Assembly (NCBI RefSeq): GCF_006345805.1
Contig: NC_043006.1
Coordinates: 14,508,001 to 14,572,000, forward strand
Length of the DNA: 64,000 nt
Direction of reading: 5' to 3'
DNA from: Octopus sinensis
Lineage: Eukaryota
The notes beneath the pieces were generated by a model that was given only the letters and a program-made list of their open reading frames with translations, made no database searches and was not told where the DNA came from. Positions 1 through 12,000 of this stretch are shown here, piece after piece (position 1 is the first letter of the stretch; every line of letters begins with the position of its first letter). A program made the position numbers and the translations under genes.

Positions 1-5
1 TGTGT

Positions 6-49
<44 letters not shown>

Positions 50-63
50 ATATATATATTTTG

Positions 64-118
<55 letters not shown>

Positions 119-424
119 CAAATAAGAAAATGGAGAAGCACAATAGTTGGTTCATCAACTTTAGGACATTAATATGTTAACTTATTTATTTATCAAAATG
201 ATAACCATAATAACATAGATACATATAGTATATTATTCAATGCATATAAGATAAGAATACAAGTAGTTATTAAAAAACATGAATATAAATTATTAAAATC
301 ACTTACAGCTGTTTCAGCCAATAGATAAAAGCATCTCATTCTGCCTATGTTAGTCAAGTATATTGAGGTGATAGGCCGTTGAAAATGAGGTACTTATATA
401 TATCTCTAGACCTCATCAGATATA

Positions 425-788
425 TCTCTATATATATAAAGCTGAAGTTGTCAGTGTATGGCAGGTTTGGTAGCCTTCAACTAACACTATCTCCTCCAAG
501 ACCCTGCGGCGTAAGTTGACCAAAATTGAGACTATGATAGAAGAAGGTTTGCTCTTCCTTCCGTAGAAGAAGAAATTCAAATCGGACCGTGTTAACACCA
601 AAAATTATTTACATCAAAAAGGTGCTTTTTTTCTATGAAAATCCCTATTTTTTACAATTTTTTTACTGCTGTGTCGCCATTTTTCAGTGTATTTCAACCA
701 GAAAAATGTTCACAAAATTTTTACTTTTCAAAAATTCCAATTCTAAAGGGTCGAAACAAACCCAAGCAACGCCGGGCGAAACTGCTAA
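425..788 (+). mobile_element. Non-autonomous Helitron (second copy ~45327-45699, minus strand)
   Basis: 5' TC(T)atatatataaag, 3' cccaagcaacgccgggcgaaactgCTAA. Confidence 0.7.
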
Positions 789-799
789 GATATATATAG

Positions 800-877
<78 letters not shown>

Positions 878-3265
878 CATACATACACACACACACATAC
901 ACACACTGGGCTTCTTTCAGTTTCTGTCTATCAAACCCACTCACAAAGCTTTGGTTGACTTAAGGCCATTGTAGAAGACACTTGTCCAAGGTGCCATGCC
1001 ATATGATTGAACCTGAAACCAACTTCTTACCACACAGCCACTGCCACACCTATACTTTGTAAATTTTATTCAAATCATTATTGTAGAAAAGGGTTAAGCA
1101 AGAGGCCAGCATCCTCCTCTCAAAGACAATGTGGTACAGATGTGGTACAGTAATCCTTGAAAGATGTTCCAATGTGTAGCAGAGCACAAAAATGGAAATT
1201 ATGATTAAAATACCCAAGTTCTAAGGTTGGTTGTCCTTCAAACAAATCTCAAATTCCAATGTATCAGTTGTAACAGACAAAGTCAACAAAATCAAGTGGG
1301 GTGGGGGTAAAAGCCATTGTGGAATTGTTTCTAAATATAGAAGCTTGGCAACAATGGAAACGACTATGGCTGCAAATATATCCTCATTGTCTTCAATCAA
1401 AATTAGAAATCAATTTGTTTCTAAAGGATATTCATTTAATTAGGACCTAATTTCTCATTTTTAATAAATGTAGACATGGCCGTATTGCCAAGAAGTTTGC
1501 TTTCTGATCACCTAACAACATGGTTTCAGTTGCGGTCCCACTGTGTGATACCTTAAGCAAGTATCTACTACTATAGCCCAAGGCTGATCCAATGTAGGCA
1601 TGTGTGGCTTAATGGTTTCAGTGTAAGATCGTAAGATTGTGGTTTTGATTCTTGGACTGAGCGATACATTGCATTCTTGAGCAAAACACTTCATTTCACG
1701 TTGCTCCAGTCCACTCAGCTGGCAAAAATGAGTAACGCTGCGATGGACTGGCATCCTATCCAGGTGCGGAATTTATACGCCATGGAAACTGGGAAACCAG
1801 CCCTTATGAATCAGCATAACTCAAGAAGGTAACCTTTACCTTTACCTTACCAGGCTGACCTAAGCCTCATGACTGGATTTGGTTGATGGAAATTGAAAGA
1901 AGCCTGGCATATATATATATGTGTGTATGTTTGTTTGTGCTTCCTTGTCTTGACATTGTATGATATTTGTAAATGAGTGCCACTGCCATAAAAGATATCT
2001 TCTGTGAGAACATGTCTGGTTTCATGGAAATATTATCTTGCTTGGAAACAGATGAGGGTTTGCAACAGGAAAGGCATCTTGCTATAGAAAATCTGCCTCA
2101 GTAAACTCTGTCTGACCCATACAGGCATGAAAAAATGGATGTTAAAACAATAATGATGACAATGATGATGATGTTAGTGATAATACAATATTTTTTAGCT
2201 TTTCTGTCAAACCTGATTTAGAAAATAAATATCTAATTTAGTTAATATTAGAGAACAAAAATGTTTTGAAAGTTTTAAAAAAATGGAAGGAAATTATGTT
2301 ACAAGAAATATGGGTGTAACATAGTTTACAAATTTCAAGAATTTTCGTCTCGTGATCGAGATAACACAGAATCAAGAGTAACGGTGGCGCTGTATTGCAG
2401 ACTCATCTAATCTTTGCTAGCGAAGGAAAAGTACAAGCTAACTACACTGGTTATGATGAGGCTGCTGGTGTTTTTACTACTGCTACTGCAGCTGATGATG
2501 ACGATGGTGGTGGTGATGATAAAGATGATGATGATGGTTACGGAACAACGCGCTCTTTGTTCCATTCCAGTCTTAACGGGAATTCTACTTCTCCCCAGAT
2601 TATGTTATTAATTTTTGTATTCAAAGAGAATTCATTTGTTAGCAATGAATGCAAAAGTTCTGAAGCATAATATTTGCACGAGGAACTAGCACACTGCTTA
2701 AGTGTTATGTCAGCATGCCATAGCAACTGCTTCCATAACCCTTCACGCCACCAGTTGTTAGCAGACTGCCTGCTATCATGTTACCATGCACTCATTTCTG
2801 TATGTTGAAACATGGCCATTGCTTTTGTGTCAAGAACCTCCTTGCATATAAAGTTTATCAATACTGTTTCTTTTTAAAAATATTTTTGGTGTTATTGAAT
2901 TTTTTTCTCACACTACAAAATGATTATTTTAAAAGAACTAAACTATGCTTAACGTTATGTAGACAGAATAGACTTGCAAGATAAATTTTATTTGCCAAGA
3001 TGAAGTTTATATTTGCAATCTAAGATATTATATTATATAACTATTACATAAACCCATTGAGTAGTTACAATGGTAACATAATTATAAGAGTACAAGTCTA
3101 GTTAGATGTAATACTGCTAAGAGCAGATAATCATCGTTATTATAACATTTGTGTATGCCTGTGCATGTATGAATAAATGAATATATGAATGTGTGTGTAT
3201 TTGTGTGTGCGCATGTGTGTGTGGATGCATATATATGTGTGTGAGTATATGCATATGTGTATGTA

Positions 3266-3306
<41 letters not shown>

Positions 3307-3608
3307 GGAGGCACAATGGCCCAGTGGTTAGGGCAGTGGACTCGCGACCATAGGATCTCGGTTTCGATTCCCTGACAGGGCGTTGTGAGTGTTTACTGAG
3401 CGAAAACACTTAAAGTTTCAAGAGGCTCCGGTAGCGGGTGGTGGCGATCCCTGCTGTACTCTTTCGCCACAACTTCCTCTCATTCTTTCTTCTGTTGGCC
3501 TGCTCGCTTAGCCAGCGGGGTGACGTCATTTGAAGGCTAAAACAATGCAAAGCGCATTGTGACCAGCGATGTGTAGCAACATCTGATAGCCTGGTCGGTC
3601 ACGGTGAT
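3307..3608 (+). mobile_element. tRNA-Arg-derived SINE family C with RTE-like 3' tail
   Basis: Head tggcccagtggttagggcagtggactcgcg...ggtttcgattcc (TCG anticodon-like loop). Other copies 35385-35550 and 54518-54815. Confidence 0.75.
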
Positions 3609-3810
3609 ATATATATATATACACTTAATCCAAACACGAACAAAGAGAAAGCACAACAATGCGAGGACGTGGAACAAGTATAGTGTTATTGGATGCTCAG
3701 GAAAGGAAAGAAAGAAGGAGGATTTAACATTTCGAGCAGAGCTCTTCGTCAGAAACATAGAAAAAGGAAAAGTCCAAGGAAGGGAAGACGGAGAAAGAAA
3801 ATCGCTAACG

Positions 3811-3846
<36 letters not shown>

Positions 3847-4112
3847 ATATATCAAATAAATGAATTAGAAAATGTACAAAGTATTTTTTTATATTTTTTT
3901 ATTTGTTTCAGTCATTTGACTGCTGCCATGCTGGAGCACTGCCTTCAAGGGTTCTTTTAGTCAAACAAATCAACCTGGGGACTTATTTCTTAAGCTTAGT
4001 ACTTATTCTATCGGTCTGTCTTGCTGAACTGCTAGGTTATGGGGACATAAACACACCAACAATGGTTGTCAAGCAGTAATGAGGGGGACAAACACAGACA
4101 CAAAGACACACA

Positions 4113-4147
<35 letters not shown>

Positions 4148-4378
4148 TTGAAAAGGGGTTTAGTGTTCATACAAATCAGTTTGTACCCATATTTGACTAA
4201 GAACTTAAATAGGGGTACAAACTGTTAGCCCCCAATTTTTTTCCTTCTCTTTAAAATTCTTCCAAATATTTGATGGATACATTAAATCTGGTTATATTTT
4301 AAATCATTCACTGTAACAAAAATATTAAACATTCCTTAAAATATACTTCTGTGCCCTTCCAACTTTATTATATTTTTA

Positions 4379-4417
<39 letters not shown>

Positions 4418-4448
4418 AATATACATAGATAGATAGATAGATAGATAT

Positions 4449-4502
<54 letters not shown>

Positions 4503-4585
4503 CACACCATATATATATATATATATATACACATATATATACATATCTTTCCATAAATTCACATAACACACCATATATATATATA

Positions 4586-4628
<43 letters not shown>

Positions 4629-4897
4629 TTATCTTGTTTATCTTATATTTAATCTTTCTATAAGATGTAATTTTTCTAAATGGTATAATTTAATTTTTCA
4701 TTATTGAATTGATAAAAGGTGGGGTTTTTTTCTAATTTGTGTAATTTGATTTAGTATTTCTAAATTGAATTTTTCCTTGTAAGTTTGGAATAATATTCCC
4801 TCACGTTACGTGAATTTATGGAAAGGTATCCCATAGAACTCAACAAATTTGTTAAAAATGGAAAAGAGATGTTAAAATTTGAAAGCATTTTAATACA

Positions 4898-5008
4898 TGC
4901 ATACGATCGTTTCAAACATTGATATTAGATCATGCAAATTCATGGTAGAATAATTAAATTAATTTGATTAAATTAAATTAATTATATATCACTGTTCTCC
5001 TCAGTACA
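4898..5008 (-). ncRNA. Type I hammerhead ribozyme motif with long stem II and palindromic stem III
   Basis: UGUA CUGAGGA GAACAgugauau...auaucaaUGUUU GAAACGAUCGUA UGCA. Confidence 0.65.
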
Positions 5009-5134
5009 AGAAGTATGAACAGAAAATTACAGAGGAATTGATACAGGAAATAGAAGAGAATAATTTTAGATATACATATTTATCCTTATGAAAATTACAA
5101 GCGACATAATAAAAGATGTGAGTCTAGTTATAAT

Positions 5135-5510
5135 ATAATAATGAAATTACTGTATACAGTGCTCAGGTGCACCACAACTTGTCAAAAAGTGCATATAAAG
5201 CATATGCAGTAATGTAGAAATGTCTGGAAAGTGAACAGTGTATGAGTCAGATACATGCTTGTGTGTGTATGGAGGGGAGAAAATCAAGTGTAGTGTTGGC
5301 GAATCTCAGGAAGCATGGAAGTTTTGAAGGATGCAGTGCTCCGACAACTAACAACTGATGCGGGCAGTTTGTTCCATGCTTCAGCAACTCTCAGCATGAC
5401 TAAATACATTGTTCACTTTCCAGACATTTATACATTACTGCATATACTTTATAGGCACTTTCTGACAAGTTGTGGTGCATCTGAGCACTGTATACAATAA
5501 TTTCATTATT
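5135..5510. mobile_element. CR1 3' fragment (minus, 5135-5400) followed by an inverted copy of its own 3' end (5405-5510)
   Basis: aatgaaattactgtatacagtgctcaggtgcaccacaacttgtca... versus ...tgacaagttgtggtgcatctgagcactgtatacaataatttcatt. Confidence 0.75.
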
Positions 5511-5550
5511 ATTTTATTTTTTTATTAAAACTAAGGCAACTATTTGAAAA

Positions 5551-5960
5551 TCATCATCATCATTTAACGTCCACTTTCCATGCTAGCACGGGTTGGACGG
5601 TTCGACTGGGGTTCTGGGAAGCCAGAAGGCTGCACAAGGCTCCAGTCTGATCTGGCAGTGTTTCTACAGCTGGTTGCCCTTCCTAACGCCAACCACTCCG
5701 TGAGTGTAGTGGGTGCTTTTTACTTGTCACCAGCACAGGTGCCAGACGAGGCTGGCAACGGCCACAATCGGATGGTGCTTTTAACGTGCCACCGGCATGG
5801 AGGCCAGTCGGGGTGGTACTGGCAACATCCACATTCGGATGGTCCTCTTACGTGCCACCGGCACTGGTATCACGACTGCAATTTCCATTGATTTTCATCA
5901 GTTTCGATTTCGATTTCACTTGCCTCAACAGGTCTTCGCAAGTAGAGTTTTGTGTCCCAA
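5551..5960 (-). mobile_element. RTE-related 3' UTR repeat copy (family has >25 copies in the window)
   Basis: (CAT)n-ttaacgtccactttccatgctagc...gcccttcctaacgccaaccactccg. Other copies near 12897, 14141, 14718, 16645, 17650, 22320, 23023, 24185, 25823, 26385, 27105, 27785, 29025, 29525, 37503, 39665, 46420, 47141, 50743, 51000, 51142, 52185, 55148, 56760. Confidence 0.85.
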
Positions 5961-6348
5961 AAAGGTTTTATGAGACTTACTCTCTATCGAAGAGTAAGTG
6001 GATAAGTAATTCATACTTCAAATAAGTCATGTATGAAAGGAAGTTTAATAGAAAAGTCCAATGGAAAAGCACAGTTATGTTTGAATTAGGATATGACTTG
6101 ACAGTTATAAACAATATTAGGTATGGTGTGTATTTTAAAAAATTGTGCGTTAGAATGAAATTAAATTAGTGAATGTAGTACATAGGGGGCTGCTAGAATG
6201 CAATGAAAGCAAGTATTAGTGGTAGAAATACTTAAAGAGCTACAAAAAATGGGGTTGTATTAGTGTAAAAACTAATATTCATTTGTATGTATTAAATATA
6301 AAGAAAAATATAAAAATCAGGAAATTAGTTGTTAATATTACATATATA

Positions 6349-6755
6349 GGCGCAGGAGTGGCTGTGTGGTAAGTAGCTTGCTAACCAACCACATGGTTCC
6401 AGGTTCAGTCCCACTGCGTGGCATCTTGGGCAAATGTCTTCTGCTATAGCCCCGGGCCGACCAATGCCTTGTGAGTGGATTTGGTAGACGAAAACTGAAA
6501 GAAGCCTGTCGTATATATGTATGTATATATATATGTGTGTATGTGTGTGTGTTTGTGTTTGTCCCCCTAGCATTGCTTGACAACCGATGCTGGTGTGTTT
6601 ACATCCCCGTTACTTAGCGGTTCGGCAAAACAGACCGATAGAATAAGTACTGGGCTTACAAAAGAATAAGTCCCGGGGTCGATTTGCTTGACCAAAGGTG
6701 GTGCTCCAGCATGGCCGCAGTCAAATGACTGAAACAAGTAAAAGAGTAAAAGAGA
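6349..6755 (+). mobile_element. tRNA-derived SINE family A, full-length copy with internal (TA/TG)n
   Basis: A-box tggctgtgtgg, B-box ggttcagtccc, CORE-like cttgggcaa, tail gactgaaacaagtaaaagagtaaaagag. Other copies ~11535-12000, 18183-18555, 30431-30840(-), 31195-31515, 47835-48350, 48575-48955, 55640-55955(-), with partials at 908, 7779, 12699, 46680. Confidence 0.85.
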
Positions 6756-7224
6756 ATACAGATAGTAAATACTTGCTGTAACTATAAATATTAAAAAGAA
6801 CGTTCAGTGGTTTAGTTAAATGCAGTAAATTGAAAATAACAATGTAAGGGAGATAATACAGCTAGGAAAGAATTTCAAATTATGAGTATCAATATATAAG
6901 GCATTGACTAAATTTAACATCTCTTCTCCATTTTTAACAAATTTGTTGAGTTCTATGAGATACCTTTCCCTAAATTCACATAACACACCATATACAAGTA
7001 TTATTTTCATATTTCCTAAACTACCAGCAAAATATGAAGACTCTTTATTAGAAAAATCGTTTTTTGGAACCCTCCAAAATAAAAAGGACAAAATATAATT
7101 CAACCTTTTCATACACACATGCGCACGCGCGCACAAACACAATATATATATATTTGAATAATGTGGGAAAACGAATTTCCGAATCAATCAGGTACACACT
7201 TGATATATATATGTATATAATTTT

Positions 7225-7655
7225 TTTTTTTCTTTCTTGTTTCAGCTCAGAGCTGCGGCCATGCTGATGCACCGCCGTTTTGTGCTACACTGTTATTACG
7301 ACGAACCTCATCTAATATGTGGCACTTGGTGAAGAATGGAGTTTGATACAGCTACTCTCATTTGCACCTCTTGCCGTGAGGTAGATTCATCTGGGACTCT
7401 TGACAGGAAGATGTCCAGCTTTGATTTAAAAACCGCTACATCTACTTTGTGCAAGTTCCTCAGACTCTTTGGGAGAATATTAAAAAGCTGTGGGCCCTTG
7501 AAACCCAGGCTGTTGCAGAAGCTGGTCCTGAAGCGTGATGCCATTGCTGGCATCTTTGGCACTATGCAGTGTCGTCCTGTTCTAGCATTGGTGTAGCTCA
7601 CAATGCCAAAATTTGGCATAATTCCTTCCAGGATCTTCCAGAAATATATTACTGC
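7225..7655 (-). mobile_element. Second CR1/L2-group LINE 3' fragment
   Basis: YFWKILEGIMPNFGI...GPQLFNILPKSLRNL...FKSKLDIFLSRVPDE. A related copy lies at ~39030-39280 (+). Confidence 0.75.
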
Positions 7656-7707
7656 ATACCTCATATATATATATATGTGTGTGTGTCTGTATGTATGTAT
7701 ATGTGTG

Positions 7708-7749
<42 letters not shown>

Positions 7750-8384
7750 ATATATATTATATATATATATATACAAAGGGCTTCTTTCACTTTCTGTCTA
7801 CCAAATCCACTCACTAGGCTTTGGTTGACCCAAGGCTATAGTGGAAGACACATCCAAGGTGCCACACAGTGGGACTGAACCCAGGACCCTGTGGTTGGGA
7901 AGCAAGCTGCCGACTTTTGCTTCTTTAAAACATTGTTTGTTTTTTTTTAAATACTGGATGAGATATTAACCCTCTTACAATTTTATTACACTTTATGGAC
8001 TAAAAAGTCCATCACAATTACAAACAGTTTAATAGGCAATAAACCTATTACACAAATGAGTCCCTAATAAACTTTCTTGCCTCCTGTAGGCATTCCAGCA
8101 GCCACTAGTCATGTCATTTATTTGCAGACAGGCATCAAAGAGTCTACCTTTCACATAAAGAAGAACTGCCCCCCAAAACAAGTTGTATCATTTATTTTCC
8201 AATCTTCCAAAAATTGTCAAGGGGAAATATTACCTTGCTTAGAAACAGGTAAGGGTTGGTGACTGGAAGAGCATCCAATGAAAGAAAATCTACTTCAGTA
8301 AATTCTGTCTGCCCCATGCAAACGTGGAGAAATAAATGTTAAAACGATGATGATGATGTCAAGGACGACAACAACAATGACAAC

Positions 8385-9605
8385 AGGAGGAAGAGGAGGA
8401 GGAGGTTTATGATGATAAGGAGAAAGAGGAAGAGGCTGTTGATGATGATGATGAGGAGGAGGAGGAGGTTTATGATGATAAGGAAGTTCAAAGACGTGCA
8501 ACCAAACGCATACCCTCCATCAGACACCTACCATACTCTGAGAGCCTTGTTTCCCTGGGCATGGATTCACTGAAGCTCCGGCGTCTGGCGACGGACTTGG
8601 TAAACACCCACAAAGTTATCAACCACCTCACCAACAACAACACTGAACACCTTTTTGATCTCCATGTGTCCAACACACGTGGACATGCCTACAAAGTCAG
8701 AAAACAGCACAGCTACCATGACTTTCGGAAACATTTTTTCACACTCGGAGTTGCTGAAACATGGAACAAACTTGCCTGCGTCAGTTGTTGACTGCCATGA
8801 CACTGCATCCTTTAAGGCCATCATGCTTTCCGAAATCCGCCGAAACTACACCTGATTGTCCCCCTTCCATACTCATACACATATGTGTAGGTCATGACTC
8901 ATGCACTGTTCTTTTCCTGACGCTTGTACATTACCCTATGTACTATACATACACTTTAGATGAGTTGTAGTGCACCTGAGCACTGTACACAATGTTTTAT
9001 TATTATTATTATTTTAAGAGGCTGTTGATGATGATGATGATGATGAGGAGGAGGAGGTTTATGATGATAAGGAGGAAGAGAAAGAGGCTGTTGATGATGA
9101 GAAGGAGGAGGAGGAAGAGGTTTATGATGATAAGGAGGAAGAGGAAGAGGCTGTTGATGATGATGATGAGGAGGAGGAGGAGAATTTGATGATAAGAAGG
9201 AAGAGGAAGAGGCTGTTGATGATGATGATGAGGAGGAGGTTTATGATGATAAGGAGGAAGAGGCTGTTGATGATGATGAGGGGGGGGTTGTGCTGATAAG
9301 AAGGAAGAAGAAGAGGCTCTTGATGATGATGATGAGGAGGAGGAGGAGGAGGTTTATGATGATAAGGAGGAAGAAGAAGAGGCTGTTGATGATGATGATG
9401 AGGAGGAGGAGGAGCAGGTTTATGATGATAAGGAGGAAGAGGAAGAGGCTGTTGATGATGATGAGGAGGAGGAGGGGGGGAGAGGAGGAGAATTTGATTA
9501 TAGGGGGAAGAGGAAGAGGCTGTTGATGATGATGATGAGGAGGATGAGGAGGGTAATGATGGTGGTGATGATGATAGTGATAATGACGATGATAATGATG
9601 ATGAT
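8385..9605. repeat. Compound (GAT)n/(GAG)n minisatellite with ~55-bp higher-order unit, split by a CR1 insertion (8492-9015)
   Basis: Recurring gaggctgttgatgatgatgatgaggaggagg...tttatgatgataaggaggaagaggaa on both sides of the LINE. Confidence 0.85.
8492..9015 (+). mobile_element. CR1-clade LINE 3' fragment with (ATT)n tail
   Basis: LKLRRLATDLVNTHKVI...NTRGHAYKVRKQHS...FRKHFFT...WNKL matches the CR1 ORF2 C-terminus. Confidence 0.85.
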
Positions 9606-10030
9606 GTCCCATTGAATTTGCAGAGGCCTTATTTGACAATTTGGTCTTGATATGGTGTCTGTCTCTTCCTCACCTTGGCAAAATTAGAACTCAGCACTGC
9701 TAGCTAATGAAAACACTTGCCAATCAGACATCACACTCTTTTGCAATCAGGTAGATGAGGTCATTTGACAGTTGAGTGTTGTGACTAATGACATAATGCA
9801 GTACTTGACGATGGATTATCAACTGCGGACTTTTCAGTTCATTAACATCAAATGAAATCAGCCAGTTCGACAAATATCATAGATTTACGCATATCTATAT
9901 TTGTCACCACCATAACCACCTCCACCACCACATCACCATCACCACTGCCACTGTTGTCGCCACTGCCACCACCACCACCACCACCACCACCACCACCACC
10001 ACCTCAGTAGAATTTGAACTCGGAACTAAG

Positions 10031-10445
10031 GGCGGCGAGCTGGCAGAATCATTGCACACCGGACAAAATGCTTAGCGGTATTTCGTCTGCCGTTACGTTC
10101 TGAGTTCAAATTCCGCCGAGGTTGACTTTGCCTTTCATCCTTTCGGGGTCGATAAAATAAGTACCAATTACGCACTGGGTTCGATGTAATCGACTTAATC
10201 CATTTGTCTGTCCTTGTTTGTCCCTCTCTGTGTTTAACCCCTTGTGGGTAGTAAAGAAATAGGTATCGCGTCTGCGCTACGTTCTGAGTTCAAATTCCGC
10301 CAAGGTTGACTTTGCCTTTCATCCTTTCAGGGTCGATAAATTAAGTACCAGTTATGCACCGGGGTTGTTATAATCAACTTAATCCCTTTGTCTGTCCTTG
10401 TTTGTCCCCTCTATATTTAGCCCCTTGTGGGCAATAAAGAAATAA
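10031..10445 (+). mobile_element. SINE family B (Nin/Deu-domain-like central region), partially duplicated in tandem
   Basis: ggcggcgagctggcagaatc...gagttcaaattcc (B-box)...gactttgcctttcatcctttcggggtcgataaa...agtacca. Other copies ~10740-10965(-), 18898-19110, 19241-19720, 28830-28998(-), 44760-44880. Confidence 0.7.
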
Positions 10446-10964
10446 GAATTTGAACTCAGAACATAAAGACAGACAAAATGTCTCAAAGCATTTTGTCTGA
10501 TACACTAATGCTTCTCTCAGCTCTCTGGCTTTACAATAATTCTTTCTATAACAGACAAGAAGCTTGAAATTGAAGGTAAGGACACTAGTTGAATACATCG
10601 ACTTCGTGACCAACTGGTACTTATATGTTTTCAACCCTGCAAAGACGAAAAGCAAAGTTGAACTTAGTGGAATTTGAACTCAGAAAGTAGAGACAGATGA
10701 AATATCACCAAGCATTTTGTGTCTGACATGCTAAAGATTCTTATTTCTTTAATGCCCACAAGGGGCTACACACAGAGGGGACAAACAAGGACAGACAAAC
10801 GGATTAAGACGATTACATTAACCCCAATGGTACTTATTTAATCGACCCCGAAAGGATGAAAAGCAAAGACAAACTCAGTGGAATTTGAACTCAGAATGTA
10901 ACGACAGGCGAAATACCGCTAAACATTTCATCCAGTGTGCTAACAATTCTGCCAGCTTGCCACC

Positions 10965-10966
<2 letters not shown>

Positions 10967-11062
<96 letters not shown>

Positions 11063-11088
11063 TATAATAATAATAATAATAATAATAA
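10967..11088. repeat. (AAT)n microsatellite, about 40 units
   Basis: Read directly from the sequence. Confidence 0.97.
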
Positions 11089-11534
11089 TGATTTCTTTTA
11101 TTTGCCATGATGATTTCAATTTTTGGTACAAGGTCAACAATTTCAGAGACAGGGGGTTAGTTGATTACATTGATCTCAGTACTCAGTGTGTACTTTATTT
11201 TACTGGCACCCCACTCACACACACACACAATGACAAAAAGACAAAGTCAACCTCAAAGGAATTTGAACTCAAAACATAAAGCAGACAGAACAAAATGCTA
11301 CTAAGTATTTCGTCTGAACCACTAAAAACCTATAAAAATGGTTTCCTGTTGCTGTGTGGACTCAATTTTGATGTATGGAAAACAAGTTTCTCCTCGTTAA
11401 ACATTTAAATCTTACTTTGATGCGTTTCCATCAATCTTAAAGTGACTATAATGATTAGATGCTGTTTATATATGGGTAATTACATAATGAGCAACCAGGG
11501 CTGTCTATTCTACTTAATAAAATTCCATAGTCTT

Positions 11535-11711
11535 AGGCACAGAAGTGGCTGTGTGGTAAGTAGCTTGCTTACCAACCACATGGTTCTAGGTTCAGTCCCA
11601 CTGCGTGGCACCTTGGGCAAGTGTCTTCTACAATAGCCTCGGGCCGACCAAAGCCTTGTGAGTGGATTTGGTAGACGGAAACTGAAAGAAGCCCGTCATA
11701 TATATGTATAT

Positions 11712-11799
<88 letters not shown>

Positions 11800-12000
11800 A
11801 TAGTTTGTGTGTCTGTGTTTGTCCCCTCAGCATCGCTTGACAACTGATGCTGGTGTGTTTACGTCCCTGTAATGTAGCAGTTCGGCAAAAGAGGCCGATA
11901 GAATAAGTACTAGGCTAACAAAGAATAAGTCCTGGGGGTCGATTTGTTCGACTAAAGGCGGTGCTCCAGCATAGCCACAGTCAAATTACTGAAACAGGTA
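11535..12000 (+). mobile_element. tRNA-derived SINE family A
   Basis: As 6349-6755. Confidence 0.85.

Noticed and set aside
2340-2870. Unique-looking segment with short ORFs
   Set aside because: No recognisable protein or RNA motif and no consistent splice structure, so it cannot be assigned without a search.
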